Notes under the pieces: generated by a model
Database searches by the model: none
Told to the model about the DNA's origin: nothing
The model's input: the letters and a program-made list of their open reading frames with translations, nothing else
Shown: positions 45,004 through 57,300 of the stretch, piece after piece
How the letters are laid out: the number at the start of each line of letters is the position of its first letter
How positions within the stretch are numbered: the first letter of the stretch is position 1
Position numbers and translations under genes: made by a program
NCBI GenBank assembly: GCA_051362555.1
Contig: CM120648.1
Span: 4,832,587-4,896,586, forward strand
DNA: 64,000 nucleotides
DNA from: Lingula anatina
Taxonomy: Eukaryota; Animalia; Brachiopoda
Direction of reading: 5' to 3'

Positions 45004-45819
45004 CATTTCCTATATTGGCATGTGTACTAATTGTTTTACGGGCATGTTTTGCTCCCCGACACTCTCAGAATGCGGGTCAGTGATTCATTATCATTATATC
45101 ATCACCCGACCCCTTCATTATCCTCTGTCCTCTCCTTCACCTGTTCTGCCTTCGAAATAATTTGAAATGTTTCCAGAACAATAAAATGATAATTACATTT
45201 CATTGCCAGTTTTGTTCTTTCTTCTACGTACATTGGAATACGGCCATACAAATGGAAATGTCTTCACTGAACGCGGCTAATACATTCCCGCCCATGACAT
45301 GCATGGAAGTTGTCACCTACTGGTTGGCATCCAGAGGTGCTTTGATACGGGCAAACAAATGACACCAGCTTTCTTTTCTTATTTTTAGCACATTCTCAAC
45401 AATGTTTTGCACCGTGTGCCCCCACCCCCACATTACTCTACTTTAACCTTCCTCCATTTTACCTGTCAGATATTCAGTACGGGACAAAATGACGATTTTA
45501 TCTTATATCATCGTGTCTGATTCAAATAAGTTTGTCTATACAGTATATACACTTGAACAGACATCTGCAAACTACGGGCATGTAAAAAACATATACATCT
45601 GAACATATTGTGATTGTCTAGTATTTGTAGTCCAACATCCTTTAAAATATACCATATTTCTTGCAAGGTACACAACTGGAAACATGAGTTAATAATTAAA
45701 AGTAGGCCTTCTGTAGCAATACCATTTTATAGTTGATCGCCCGTCTGTGATAAAAGGCAACCTACCGGGATTATCCCACCAAATCAAATTTTCATCAAAC
45801 ACAACAAAATTCTCTATCC

Positions 45820-45822
45820 ATT

Positions 45823-45865
<43 letters not shown>

Positions 45866-45869
45866 TTTT
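45820..45869. repeat. (ATTT)n microsatellite
   Basis: Direct reading. Confidence 0.9.
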
Positions 45870-46757
45870 TGTAGTAGCTTTAGGCAGAAATATGCTTTTT
45901 TATGTTTCTTTTTCAGGAATAATTGGATTTCTGGGGCTCACCCTAGTAGAGAGTGGAAACCAGTATTACTCCCCAATGCGGGTCAGCGACGGTAATTATT
46001 CCACCCCCTGGTGTCCAAACATTTACGAACACCGGGCCTTCTCCCACCCTACACTTGTACCTCATTTGAGTCCATCATCAGTGGTCATCAGGAGCCGACA
46101 AATGGCAAATGACCAACAAATGACGTACAGATGACCAAAGCGTAATAACAGTTATAGTGATAATGATAGGCCGCCCAATCTTCACTTTCACCCGCATCTC
46201 CGTCCTTCGTCACCTCCCCCAAACACGTTGAACCTGATTGCTAATTAGTGGGCCGGTCGCTAATTGCTATGGTCACTGATTAGGGCGGGTATGCGGTGAG
46301 CATAGTTACATGGTACGGTGCCACTTTTGCCGCTAGAAGGTTGGATCGTTTTTCGACGTTTTTGCTATAATTCTATGCTTAGGAACAAGCAGGTGATTGA
46401 TGTCATAGGAGTGTAGTACTTGGTGCATGTTGCAAGAAACAAAGTATTGTGATTATGACCCATCGTCCCTCTCATTACAGCCTTAATGACAAGGTCCTCC
46501 TCTTGAACACGCACACGTGCACGCATGCACCAGCTGCAAACATACCCCTCACGCCTTGTACCAGTACTTACCCTCAACCAGGCCACAGCAAATCTTCATC
46601 GCCAGATGTTTACATATATTTTCTCGATAATTACTGTGCACACCTCTGTACTGTGTGTACAGGGAGTCACCTTCCAGCTAGCCCCTGGGAGAGAGGGGGG
46701 AGAGAGCACCGTCTACTAGGTTCACAGATAGACTTTACACTAGCTATTCACATATGT

Positions 46758-46997
46758 CAGGGGCGAATCCAGGATTATTTGAAGGGTGGTTACGTGGATG
46801 CGAAGCCGACATCCGAACCCCCCCCCCTTGGCGGTTGGTATTTTTGAGGGCATTTGATACGGTTTAGAACCATTATCCAGCTAGTCAAAATTCTAATTTC
46901 ATGAGGGTACCATTGGCGTGATTTTTCAGAAATCGAAAGGGGGTGAGGGGTCAGGACACCCTGCCCCCCCCCCCCCCCCCCTTTAAATCCGCCATTG
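46758..46997. mobile_element. MITE-like element (CAGGGGCGAATCCAGG ... AAATCCGCCATTG, internal poly-C)
   Basis: Imperfect terminal inverted repeats; flanks CATATGT / TATATGT resemble a decayed TSD. Confidence 0.55.
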
Positions 46998-49900
46998 TAT
47001 ATGTATCTGGTTAAATTGCGCATCAGAAAAAATGTCCACACAAAAACTGCGGCCCTGGTAAAGGATAGGTAGAGAGTACTTTGTACTTATGACTGCATCA
47101 CATCAAGATAGAAGGGAGAGATCAGTTTTTCCTCCCCCTCCCCCTCCCAACCCCACCTCCTTCCCCTCCCACAACCAGTAGCTTCTCTAATTCTTTTACA
47201 TCTTGTACAACACCGTGTTATTAAATCATACCAGTGTTCTTGTAATTTAGACGATACCCTCATATGGCGTAACTCACAGTAATTCACTTCACGGCCACCT
47301 GCGCGTGCCTGCACTGTGTTTTGAAGCAACTGAAGAACACGTGTATCTTTAATTCGTATGCGGACCACCTTACAAGTAAAGGAGAACGGTAATTTAACAT
47401 GTAACTCATGATAACCGTCACACCTGCTGTTAACGAGGACAAGATTCCGGGGAAGTTGACCATATGAAGTCATTATACAATGGCTGTAGTTTCGAGGAGG
47501 CTATTCAGTACTTTTTTTGCACGCATTTCTTGACGAGAATTACATAAAATATCTTACAGGTAAATCCTAGTGCCGATCTGATGCTAAAGACCCGATAGCA
47601 TTCAAAATTGACTGCCTTCTGAACAGTTTTAGAAAAAGAAACGCACGCGGAACATATTCTTGAAAAGACATTTTTGACAATCTGTATACCTTTTACTGCA
47701 GGTGTACATGTAACAGCAATGTTTCATAACATACGAAAAAGAAATATCTGTATAATTTTAAAAACCTTAATCTAAGCAAGCTTGGTTATATGCATTTTTT
47801 ACCATCGGTCCCCTTTTTCTTTATTATTAAAAACATAGTAAACAGCACAGTCAGGATCCACGAATCTGAGAAACAGTGTTATTGCCAGTCCACATAGTTA
47901 TTTCTCTATTATCATAGTTTCACGAATGCTCGCGGGAAACCCGCACTCGTTTTGGAGACAGGTACCAGAGGACATTCCCCCTGTCCCGGGCGGTCTCGAC
48001 CCGCGCCCCTACTGAGGGGATAACTTTCTTACATCAACAAACCCATTAAGTAGTTTTAGCTTTAACCTAATCGGTGCCGACAGCCACGAGCCCCGTAGCC
48101 AAGGTCCCAGTCTCGCTGTCTAATACCCCGCTAGTCTTTTTTATCGCGAGAAAGGTAGACACGACGAGAGATTTATCAGTTTACCACTTAGGGAGGCTTA
48201 TGGTGTTATGATCACACGTCGAATATTAGATCTTGGTGGGAAGGGGAAGAGATGTGAAGAGGAGTAGAGAGAGAGTGATACGGTATGACTGTATGAGGGA
48301 AGGGCCTTTGAGAAGGTAGAGAAAATAGCTTTCTAAAATTAGTCAAAAAAAACGACATTCTTCTGTGCAAAGCTCGGCGATTACGTTACGACTTTGCACC
48401 TTTCTGTTATAAGAATTTAATAGTCAAAAACCGAACAATTCGCCAGGTAAGGAGTAAGTTCACTCTCCTGAAAAAGGTTCTGGCGTCCAATCCGGAGCGT
48501 CTGGGCACGCGTTCCTTATCTTGACAGCGACGGAGTGCCACCGACGGTGAGAGATAGTATCAGAGTATTGTCAAACCAAGCATACCGAAGTATCTAACAT
48601 TTCACACCTTTTTTTTTTTAATAGCACACCGCTCCCAAGATCTACAATAGTTAGCGTTTCGATCAATTCGGACTTCCAAGACTACTCCTTTTATTTGTTG
48701 CTTTGTTTCTGATATTCCCAAAGACAGAAAAATTACCCAATTTTGAGAATTGTATTTAATATGCTTTATGCCAAAGACGAGATCGACTTCATTAATCTGA
48801 CAAGCATGAAAGAATTATAACGTTGATCATTATTTGTGACGCAAGGTGAATCTGTTAATTTGTTAAACTGGTTTTATTCGGCGAGACTCCAAGCGGAGTT
48901 GGATCGATGTATGTAGACCGGTAGTTTTATTGGGAATGAGCCACAGTCTAAATTAAAAAAAATATCTGCGTTAAGTGAAATTAATCTCTGGGTTGTATAA
49001 CTTATCTTCTTTTGTGAGAGGTTCAACGAGTTCTTTAGTGCTACTAAGTGCTTTAAAACGTGTAAATAAATCTCTGGGTTTGTCAACAGTTCAGGTGGAC
49101 CTTTACTGAATTTCTTTTATGTGACTTCAATTTGCATGGCTTGTTTCGTAAAATAATCGTAAAAATGCCATGCTTGTCACGTTCGTTAAGAAGGCAGAAT
49201 ATTTTACAAAAAGATCGCAAATGGTTCTTGAGTATATTCCAGAATACTTTTAGAATTTTGGTCTAATTAATAGGCACGTTCCTCGTTGCGTGATTGCCTT
49301 TCCATTGACTAGTGCGCCGTCTTCATGTTTGTTTCTTGATGTTTGAAAACTTGAATTGAAAACACGTAAAATGGTCTTTAAATAAGGGACTACAAGTACA
49401 TCAATCAATTAAGGCATTAGTCAATTATGCCCACAATTCGACTGCGTCCAGGGGTCGTCTGGAAAGCGCTATTTCTCTTCCTCCCCTCAAGGCTTTTCTT
49501 TTCTTCCAATATTTCTAATGGTCAAGACTAATAGGGTATATAATAGTAGAATAACAGAAGATTTTAATACAATCGTACAAGAATACCCAGACTGTTCAAC
49601 TTGATAGCCGTTGCCAAAAACCTTAACACGCGACTCTTCATAAACTTTTATTGAAACAGACGCGACTGACTGAGACCAGCCGCTCCATAACGGTGACCAT
49701 TCCGGTCAGTTTAATATCACTGACCATACCGCATGACGCTGACCGTCAGTTGAAAAGTTAACAACTTAGTTGTTCACCCTCGTAGTAAACTCATTTTATT
49801 GAAGCCGCCTGTCATCACCTCCCCCCCCCCCCCCCCCCCCCCCCCGCCTTTCTTTCTCTAAGATCTGTGGTCGAACTTATTTGCATTATTCCCGTCTGAT

Positions 49901-50583
49901 ACGACCTTGCCCTCCCCCTTCCCCTTTCTCTTCCTCCCTCTCTCCATTTGCATAACTTTGGCAGACATCTCTACGCCTTTTTGCCACGGAAAAACAGTTT
50001 AATTGTTTTACTGAAATTTATACGGACTAGATAACAGACATGGAAATCACTGTCCAATAAAGCATATAGCCATAGTAGATACCAGCTTTGTCGTGACCAA
50101 TGTAAAGTACCCGACTCTACTCCATTTCTGCTAGTTAATAAAAGTTTATACAGTTCTCTGACATTCGGACAACATTAACGGCTTCCTTAGGGATGAAAGT
50201 AATATTCCAGAAGCCCTGGAATGTTCACAGGCAGTAATGAGACGGTAGCCAAACTATAAATTGGAATCTCCGCGTCACCAAAGAGAATTTTGATAAGTAA
50301 CTTTTAAAGACGCTCTCCTAACGATTAGCGGGCGTTATTAATATTTGAAGACGATTTACTTTAACCGACCAAATTGAAAATGTTAGTTATCTTAAGAACT
50401 GTTGGACAACAAACATTTACTTAATCAACTATGTAATACTCATAAATAGACAAAACAAAGAAAGATAAATCATTATGATATTTGAATATTTTTATTTGGC
50501 ATTCTGGAGTATAAAAATAATTTGTAGAAAAGCATCATTGGTCCCATATTTGTTCTGTCTTTGGGTTATGAAATTCTCAGTTT

Positions 50584-51365
50584 TTACCACGGCCGCCACA
50601 TATTTCTTTCCTTTTCTGTGACTCCCAGAGAAAATGGTTTTTGGTCTTTCATAACGTAAGGGCTTAGAGTTTGAGATACAGCGACTGGCGGCTCGCTGGC
50701 GGGTGCGGGACTGCGGTTGTGTGCTGCGGGACATGCGACATTTACACTGTAGATTCCCGCGTTGTTTTGACATGTCGTCTGGTAATTCTGAGAAGGCACC
50801 AGCACTGGAAGACTGGAAGACGAAACTGAAATAGCGTTTGTTAAGTGTCCATTTGCAACTGTAGGCGTAATTGGTGCCTTAGAAATAGTGTCATTATTGT
50901 TATTCGTTGCAGGGGTTGAGAAGTTTGGACTATGGAGAATGTAAGCCACTTGTCCATTTGGTAGCGTGCTTGGAATGACCTGGATGGTCCCAGCGAAGTT
51001 TGAAGTCGACTGTGGAGACGATAATGTCTTCTGTTGTTGTTGTTGTTGCTGCTGCTGAATGTTGTTGAAGTTCTGGAATGGTAGACTGTGAGGGGTGATC
51101 ACGGTGTTGACATTGGGGATCTGGACGGAGATGGGCTGCTGCGTTGGTGTACCCATGGGAGGAGAGCAGGCTTTGGGTGGGGGTGGCACGTTCTCGTTCT
51201 GCTGATTGACCCTCTGCGTGCACGTGGCCAGGTGGTTAAGGAGTCTTAGCCGGACGTCTTCCTCGAGACCGTCGATAGAGCGAAGATAGCGTGAGACTTC
51301 CCCAGCGCACTCGTTAAAGCCAGCGCGGTACTTGCTCAGCACACTAGGATCGTTGGCTACTGCAG
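50584..51365 (-). CDS. Hes: Hes-B exon 4 (Orange domain, poly-Q, WRPW)
   Basis: cag| at 51368-51366; AAVANDPSVLSKYRAGFNECAGEVSRYL...LLNHLATC; ends MWRPW-TAA. Confidence 0.96.
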
Positions 51366-52225
51366 CTGTAACGAAAAGGAATAACGGAATTTAAAATCGA
51401 TTTAAAAAGTGAATTTTTGCTCTTGTCTAACCTCCAATAGCGTTAAACTATAATTAAGAAATATTATATACATTCTCAAGCAAAAAATAGAATTGTGAAC
51501 AAAACGGTATAATGAAATTTAACCTATGGCAGTTGGCCGCCGAGTTGACAATACATCCACAAAGGGCGTTTTTTATTATCTCTCTCAAGTACCAGAGATA
51601 AAATATCTTGGCATCTAATCGGTCAAATATTTTTTCTCTTTTTTCATTTCACTCCAAAACATCTGTGTTAGCAAAACACATGTGTGATTCATCACCATCC
51701 TTTTCATGTGTTGTTTAAAACAATAGCTGGGCGCACAGCTGTGCCTACAACAGGCGGTTGCCGCGATGAAGATTGCTCATCGCTATCTCCCCATTGTCTC
51801 TCGAGTTCTTCTATTACAAAGGAAGCGAGGTAGGCGAGTAACTGTTAGATTCACCGGGAGAACCACCTTGTAATATGCCAACTGCCAGCCTCAAGTATTC
51901 AAACAAGCTGTCACGTTTAACTGCCCTGTGCCAAGATGGTTTAACTATTACATTGTTCACAGTTCCAGATTGGCTTGATTTAGAACCTTTAATCGAACTT
52001 AGATCTGAGGCTCTGCTACCCCACGCACTCTTTCCATTGTGTACCAGATGAGGAAAGGTGTCTTTATTTAGAAGCCAGTTTACATTATTTATCACCTCCA
52101 CCAGTTTACATTATTTATCATCTCTCCCTCCCACGCCAAAATCTTGGTTTGAATGCAATGCAAGTGCTAAGATCTTGAGTTTCAAAACAAGAACATTTTT
52201 CATGATAATCATTTAAACTATTTAC

Positions 52226-52313
52226 CTGTCATTTGCTGGCGCTGCACTGTTCTTAAGTGTTTCACTGTCATCTCCAAAATGTCCGCCTTTTCTAACTTTG
52301 AATACCGTGATGT
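52226..52313 (-). CDS. Hes: Hes-B exon 3
   Basis: [29 protein letters not shown]; 88 nt; cag/GTAAAT. Confidence 0.96.
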
Positions 52314-52623
52314 CTGAAAAGAAAGAAGCGAGATGTCCTTAATGATATAGTTTTCTTTAACCACAGGAGTTGACTCCAAAATTCAGCTATCAATTAACAA
52401 ACAGAACACGCCAAAACAAACTGAACCCTTCATTTTGGGGACTAATGGCACACAAGCGTATCAAAGTTCTCTTTTTTTCCTTTGATTGCTGGATATTTTT
52501 ACAGTTGGGACAAAACCTGAATTGTAAATAGAAATGTAACCGACCACCTTGTTCGGGAACAATAGAAGCCTTGTATAGCAACTTTTTAGGGGATGATCAT
52601 ATCCCATAATATACACATCACCC

Positions 52624-52718
52624 TGACCCACGTGACCCTAACGTCTGCTAGCGCGTGCCACAGCGGTGACCCGTGGAGGGAAAATGAACCGTTTATTTTC
52701 TGACGAGCGTGGGAACGT
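52624..52718. promoter_or_regulatory. Conserved intron-2 module of Hes-B
   Basis: Collinear motifs with 27543-27638, including the CSL site GAGCGTGGGAACG. Confidence 0.7.
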
Positions 52719-53449
52719 GGCTTAAAATGCGAAACCGTTGCTCCGTTCACACAAATAAAAAACTTTCAGATCGGTCTCGCGCCTGCCTGGAACCGGTTTA
52801 TTCTTCCCGGTCGCTACAAAGCAAGTACACACGGCGGAGTCAACACATCAGAACTGTAATGATATGCTACTAACACATCAAACCGGTTACATACAATTTG
52901 ATCCAAAATTGTTCAAATGCCGTCCATTGTGTACACACCCGGGGTTCGCCGGGGCGCGCTATGAATATTAAGTAATTCGTCCTCAGTGGTTGATAATGTC
53001 ACCAGCTGATGACTTTTAATAGGTGACAATTTGGTGACGGTCAGGGCAGGGTCTTCAAGGTGGTCTGGCTGCCGATCTCATGTAGAACAAGTTAATGCAT
53101 TATTAATGGTAAAGATGTCCCTTGTTGGTGCCATAAAAAGAATTGCAGGTTTTCCCTCCCAAGTTTAGTAAGACCAATAATCCAAAGGTTTTTATTTGTT
53201 TTTCACAAAATGGAGGGTGTAAGCGTCAAAACAGTCAATTTGGGGTGGTTTCTAGTGGCGTGTGTGAGAGCCTACGCTAACGCTGCATTTTGTAAAAACA
53301 AATAATTTTAGTTTCAAACTCGTAATTAAGACCGCTAATAACTGCTCCATATGATCCTCTAAGTAAATATCCCTGAGTGAATAAAACATCCAAGCAACGG
53401 TGAAGATAGTCATCTCATGATCCGATTATTACATGTCGTTTATACTTAC

Positions 53450-53545
53450 ATCTCTTTGCAGCGCTTGTAGTACCAGGGACTTCAGCTCTGAGAGACATTC
53501 ATTGATTCGTTGGCGTCGCCTCTTTTCCATTAGTGGTTTATTTGT
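53450..53545 (-). CDS. Hes: Hes-B exon 2
   Basis: TNKPLMEKRRRQRINECLSELKSLVLQALQRD; 96 nt; cag/GTAAGT. Confidence 0.96.
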
Positions 53546-53862
53546 CTGAAGCGAAAAAGATAATGTTGACATTTATGTTATAGAATTCATTATTCATTAC
53601 CAATTCTAGTTTTTACTGGATATTTCTGCACAGGTGAATTACCAAATGTGTTTTGTTCCTTTTTGACTCATTTTGGCGCCAAATCGTGATCAGTTGATCA
53701 ACCGGAACATGATAACGCCTCCTAATTTTGGCGCCAAATCATGCACGTCAACCTGATCATCCGTTACGGTATCGGTCACCGTAACGATTTTTTTTTCTTG
53801 CTAACGCAATATGAAGTAATTGGCTTTAACCGCCATTGAATTAACGCAAAATTTTAACTTAC

Positions 53863-53916
53863 CCTTCTAGCTTGAGCCGCAGATCCGAGGAGCGTATGAG
53901 AAGCTTTCTCGGCCAT
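53863..53916 (-). CDS. Hes: Hes-B exon 1 coding part (spliced protein 339 aa)
   Basis: MAEKASHTLLGSAAQARR|GTAAGT; the four exons sum to 1020 nt, in frame. Confidence 0.9.
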
Positions 53917-53962
53917 GATTAAGTGTATGGAATTCCGTTAGACCAGATGTATGGGCATGTAA

Positions 53963-54325
53963 GTGTGGGAAAATGTAGGCACAGGGAATTCTTATACAAC
54001 TCGTGTGGCGGCATGTGTCGCTCGTCCGCTGGAATTTCGACAGAAGCAACCAATCGGATGTCGAGATTCACCTCCCCGCGGTGTCGGCGCGTGCCAGCTC
54101 AATTCTGATTGGTCAACTGCCTGTCAATCACCCAGGACCTTTGGTCGTCCGCAATTACTTGCACGCGACCCCGCTTTGTGTGAATTTGTGGGAAAACCCC
54201 GCCCACCAGGCAAAGTTTAGCGATAAAGGCCCAGTGTACACAAAGCTGATGCTTTGACTTGCGACATGCACACCTTCGGTCTTTGTTATCGAGCTATTTA
54301 ATCGCCTCCAAGACCGTGGGAACGG
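53963..54325 (-). promoter_or_regulatory. Hes-B promoter
   Basis: TATAAG (53996-53991); CSL sites (53964, ~54187, ~54315); two CCAAT boxes; TGATTGACAG (54121-54130); CACGCG (54162-54167); GC box. Confidence 0.8.
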
Positions 54326-57300
54326 GTAGAGAGCCAGATGGAGGGAACCAAAGCGTGAGGGCAAGAATTTTCGGGGGATAAGACCCATCGAGGAATAGCG
54401 AAGGGGGGCTGTTTTGTATTTTAATTAAGTTAATGCCCAAATATTAAACTTGTGCTTTTTAAGTAATTGACACATCAGTATTAAAATGTGTCTCCATGCC
54501 TGCAGATAATGTGACTGTTGCTATAGCACGGTTATAAATAAATAAGTAGGTCTTGTGTAGGATTATTTTACCTTGCTTAAATACATTAACAGCCACGTTA
54601 GAGTCCCCCTAATACATATGGACCACAAATAAACATACCTGGTTAGGTTGCTTTTGGTGAAGGTAAAACAGTGTCCAATGAGTCAATTTGCATTATGCCA
54701 AGGTGGAACGGTATTCTTTGGCATCATTTTGCTATAACAAGATGATGAAAACGTGATAGTAGTTGGCTTGATTCAACTGTTGTCTCCAGTGCTATATATA
54801 TATTGTAGACTTGTACTTATGGTGATGACATGTTGGTGTTAGGTGTCATCTCCGCTTTAACGACAAGGCTAAGGGCACTTTTTACTATGTATGATAAAGG
54901 AAATGCAAGGACTTTCACACAGCGGGCTTAGTGTATAGTAGAGTAGAGTAGAGAAAATAACGGAGTAAATATAGTTTTTCTTTTCCTTTTTAATGGTAAA
55001 ATGTGAAAGACGCACTCTGAATCAATCTACAAGCGCAGATAGAGGGGTGGTGGATACCAATAACTTACGGTTTCTTTATGATTATGCCAATTTTAATATG
55101 CAACAAATTCTTGTTGATTTTCACAGTTGTATCCGAGAAGTTTCCCTCAAATAATGACTATATACTCGTTATTAACCGATGTGTCTAAACTCTGAAGCAT
55201 ATGTTGATTACAAAATAGATGTGTATTATTGTACTTATCTTTAATTATCAATTCTCTTTGTTTCTGGTCCTTCTCAAAAATCTGTTATTGATAAGCAAAA
55301 AGAATGGACAGAAGCAAAAAGAATGGACATAAGGTTCAGAAGGTATCGGGAAGATTAAGAAGAGGTCCGGAACGTGTTGAACCTAGATATGAATGGTGTT
55401 GACCCCAGATTCGGATGGTTAATGAATAACTACCCGTATTTTAGCACCTACGAGAAAACGCCATATGTAATATAACGTAACCGGGAGCAGAGACCAAAAC
55501 CAGAGAGATATCAACAATAATTTTTTGGCAAAACTGATCAAAGATATTTTGGCGTTACTCGACAAGATTTTGCGCCGCGTCACGAAGGCGGGTGATATCT
55601 TTTAGTATTTTGCAGACAGTAAGCCCCAGTTCAGAATGGCTTCTTTCAGAAGGTATGGCACGGAACTTCCATTGAGCGTGGTCATCATGGCGACTATGGT
55701 GGTATCTTCATCAGTTCAACAGCCCGTGGCGACCACGGACGTTTGAAGTTCATCAGCGTTCCGGTCCTGCCAGGATTAATTTTCGCTCTAACCTGTTGCA
55801 GACGATAAGTGGCAAGTCACGTGATCTGCTACAGGGGACGTTTGTTTTGTTATGAAATATATTTTAAAGGTCAATCGAAAATTTTTACTGAAGTTGAAAC
55901 GATATAGATTTGTATTTTCCTGTTTGTAAAATTTTGGCAGACGACTCAAAAGAGTCACTTGGACAAGTCAGTCCCTTTCTTACCATTTAGCAAAGATGTC
56001 GGTAGAAGTGTTCAACTAAAAAAATTAGAAGGCTGAGTTTCAGTAGTACTGTCTACATGCAACACAACATGGATAGATTATTAGTAGGAGTGTAGTGGCA
56101 GTTTGTAAAATGCCTTTATCCTATGATTAAAAGGAAAGGAGGATGAAATGCATGAGTGATTATAAAAGAGCGTAAGTATTTGTTATATCAGCTTTTAAAG
56201 ATTCACTGTGCAATCAAAAGGAAGTGGTGTATTATTAAAAATCAAAACTGTCTTTTACTTTTCTTCTCGGGTTTCGGATAATGATCCAGTGAAGCTTTAA
56301 CAGACGGCACTCATGCTACACGTGCCATAATTACGGGCAGTCAAACCCCCTTGTTAAATAATTAGCGACCGCTTCGTCGGCATCTTCTAAGACAACGCCG
56401 CTCGCTTAAGCTCCCCTAGGGGGGGACGAACGCGCAGATTGACGGGGATATAATTGCTGATCAGTGAATCAGTGCTGGACAACACTCCATGAAAGCAGCA
56501 CTTGAAATGCCCCAAGGGTTTTGGCGGCTTAGGTCGGTCTTAAATGAACGGCGGCCTTACATCACAGGCACGCGGCCGTGAACGCCGAGCTCACGTGTGA
56601 AAACAATACGCGAAAACATCGATTGTTTAATTAGAATAATAACCAGCGGTGGTTCGTTTGAGGAGGGTGAAAGAACTCACCTTACTCAACTCTCTGTCCC
56701 CATGCGGTCATGCGATTACGAGAACAAAACAGGAGTAAAGAGGCGGCTAAAAACCACAGGATGTTAGCTGGACTTAAAAGACGGGTCTCAGAACAATAGA
56801 GTCGTTAGCCAAGAAGTGTTCGCGCCTTAAGCCGCCGGTTCGTTTGATATATACAATGAATAAACACGCAGATCGAGCAACAGATTGCACGTCTTTGGGC
56901 GAAAGAAAAGGAAAATTAATAATGATGAAGTAAAGGAAAACAGAGAGCAATTAGATAAGACTTGTTGTGATTTGCTCTTGCCTCGCTTGAAGGCCATCTT
57001 AATATACTATTCCATTTAATCGCCACCCATCCGCACATGTCAAATGGACTTTATTTCTTTAATATATACAATATGTTTGCCATTTACAACCCTGCACAAT
57101 GTATATGTAGTTGAAAATTAGCACGTAACTTAACCTACTGGTTATAAACTCTCCTAAAACGAAATGGACTTAATAAAGAGCCATGATTTTTTTAATTAAA
57201 AATGAGGTAAACAATAATTTATGTTGATCCTATAGTCGGAGACCGAAAGATTTAATTGTAGCAATGGAGAGCGATCATATTTATATTTTCCTTTGAGAAT

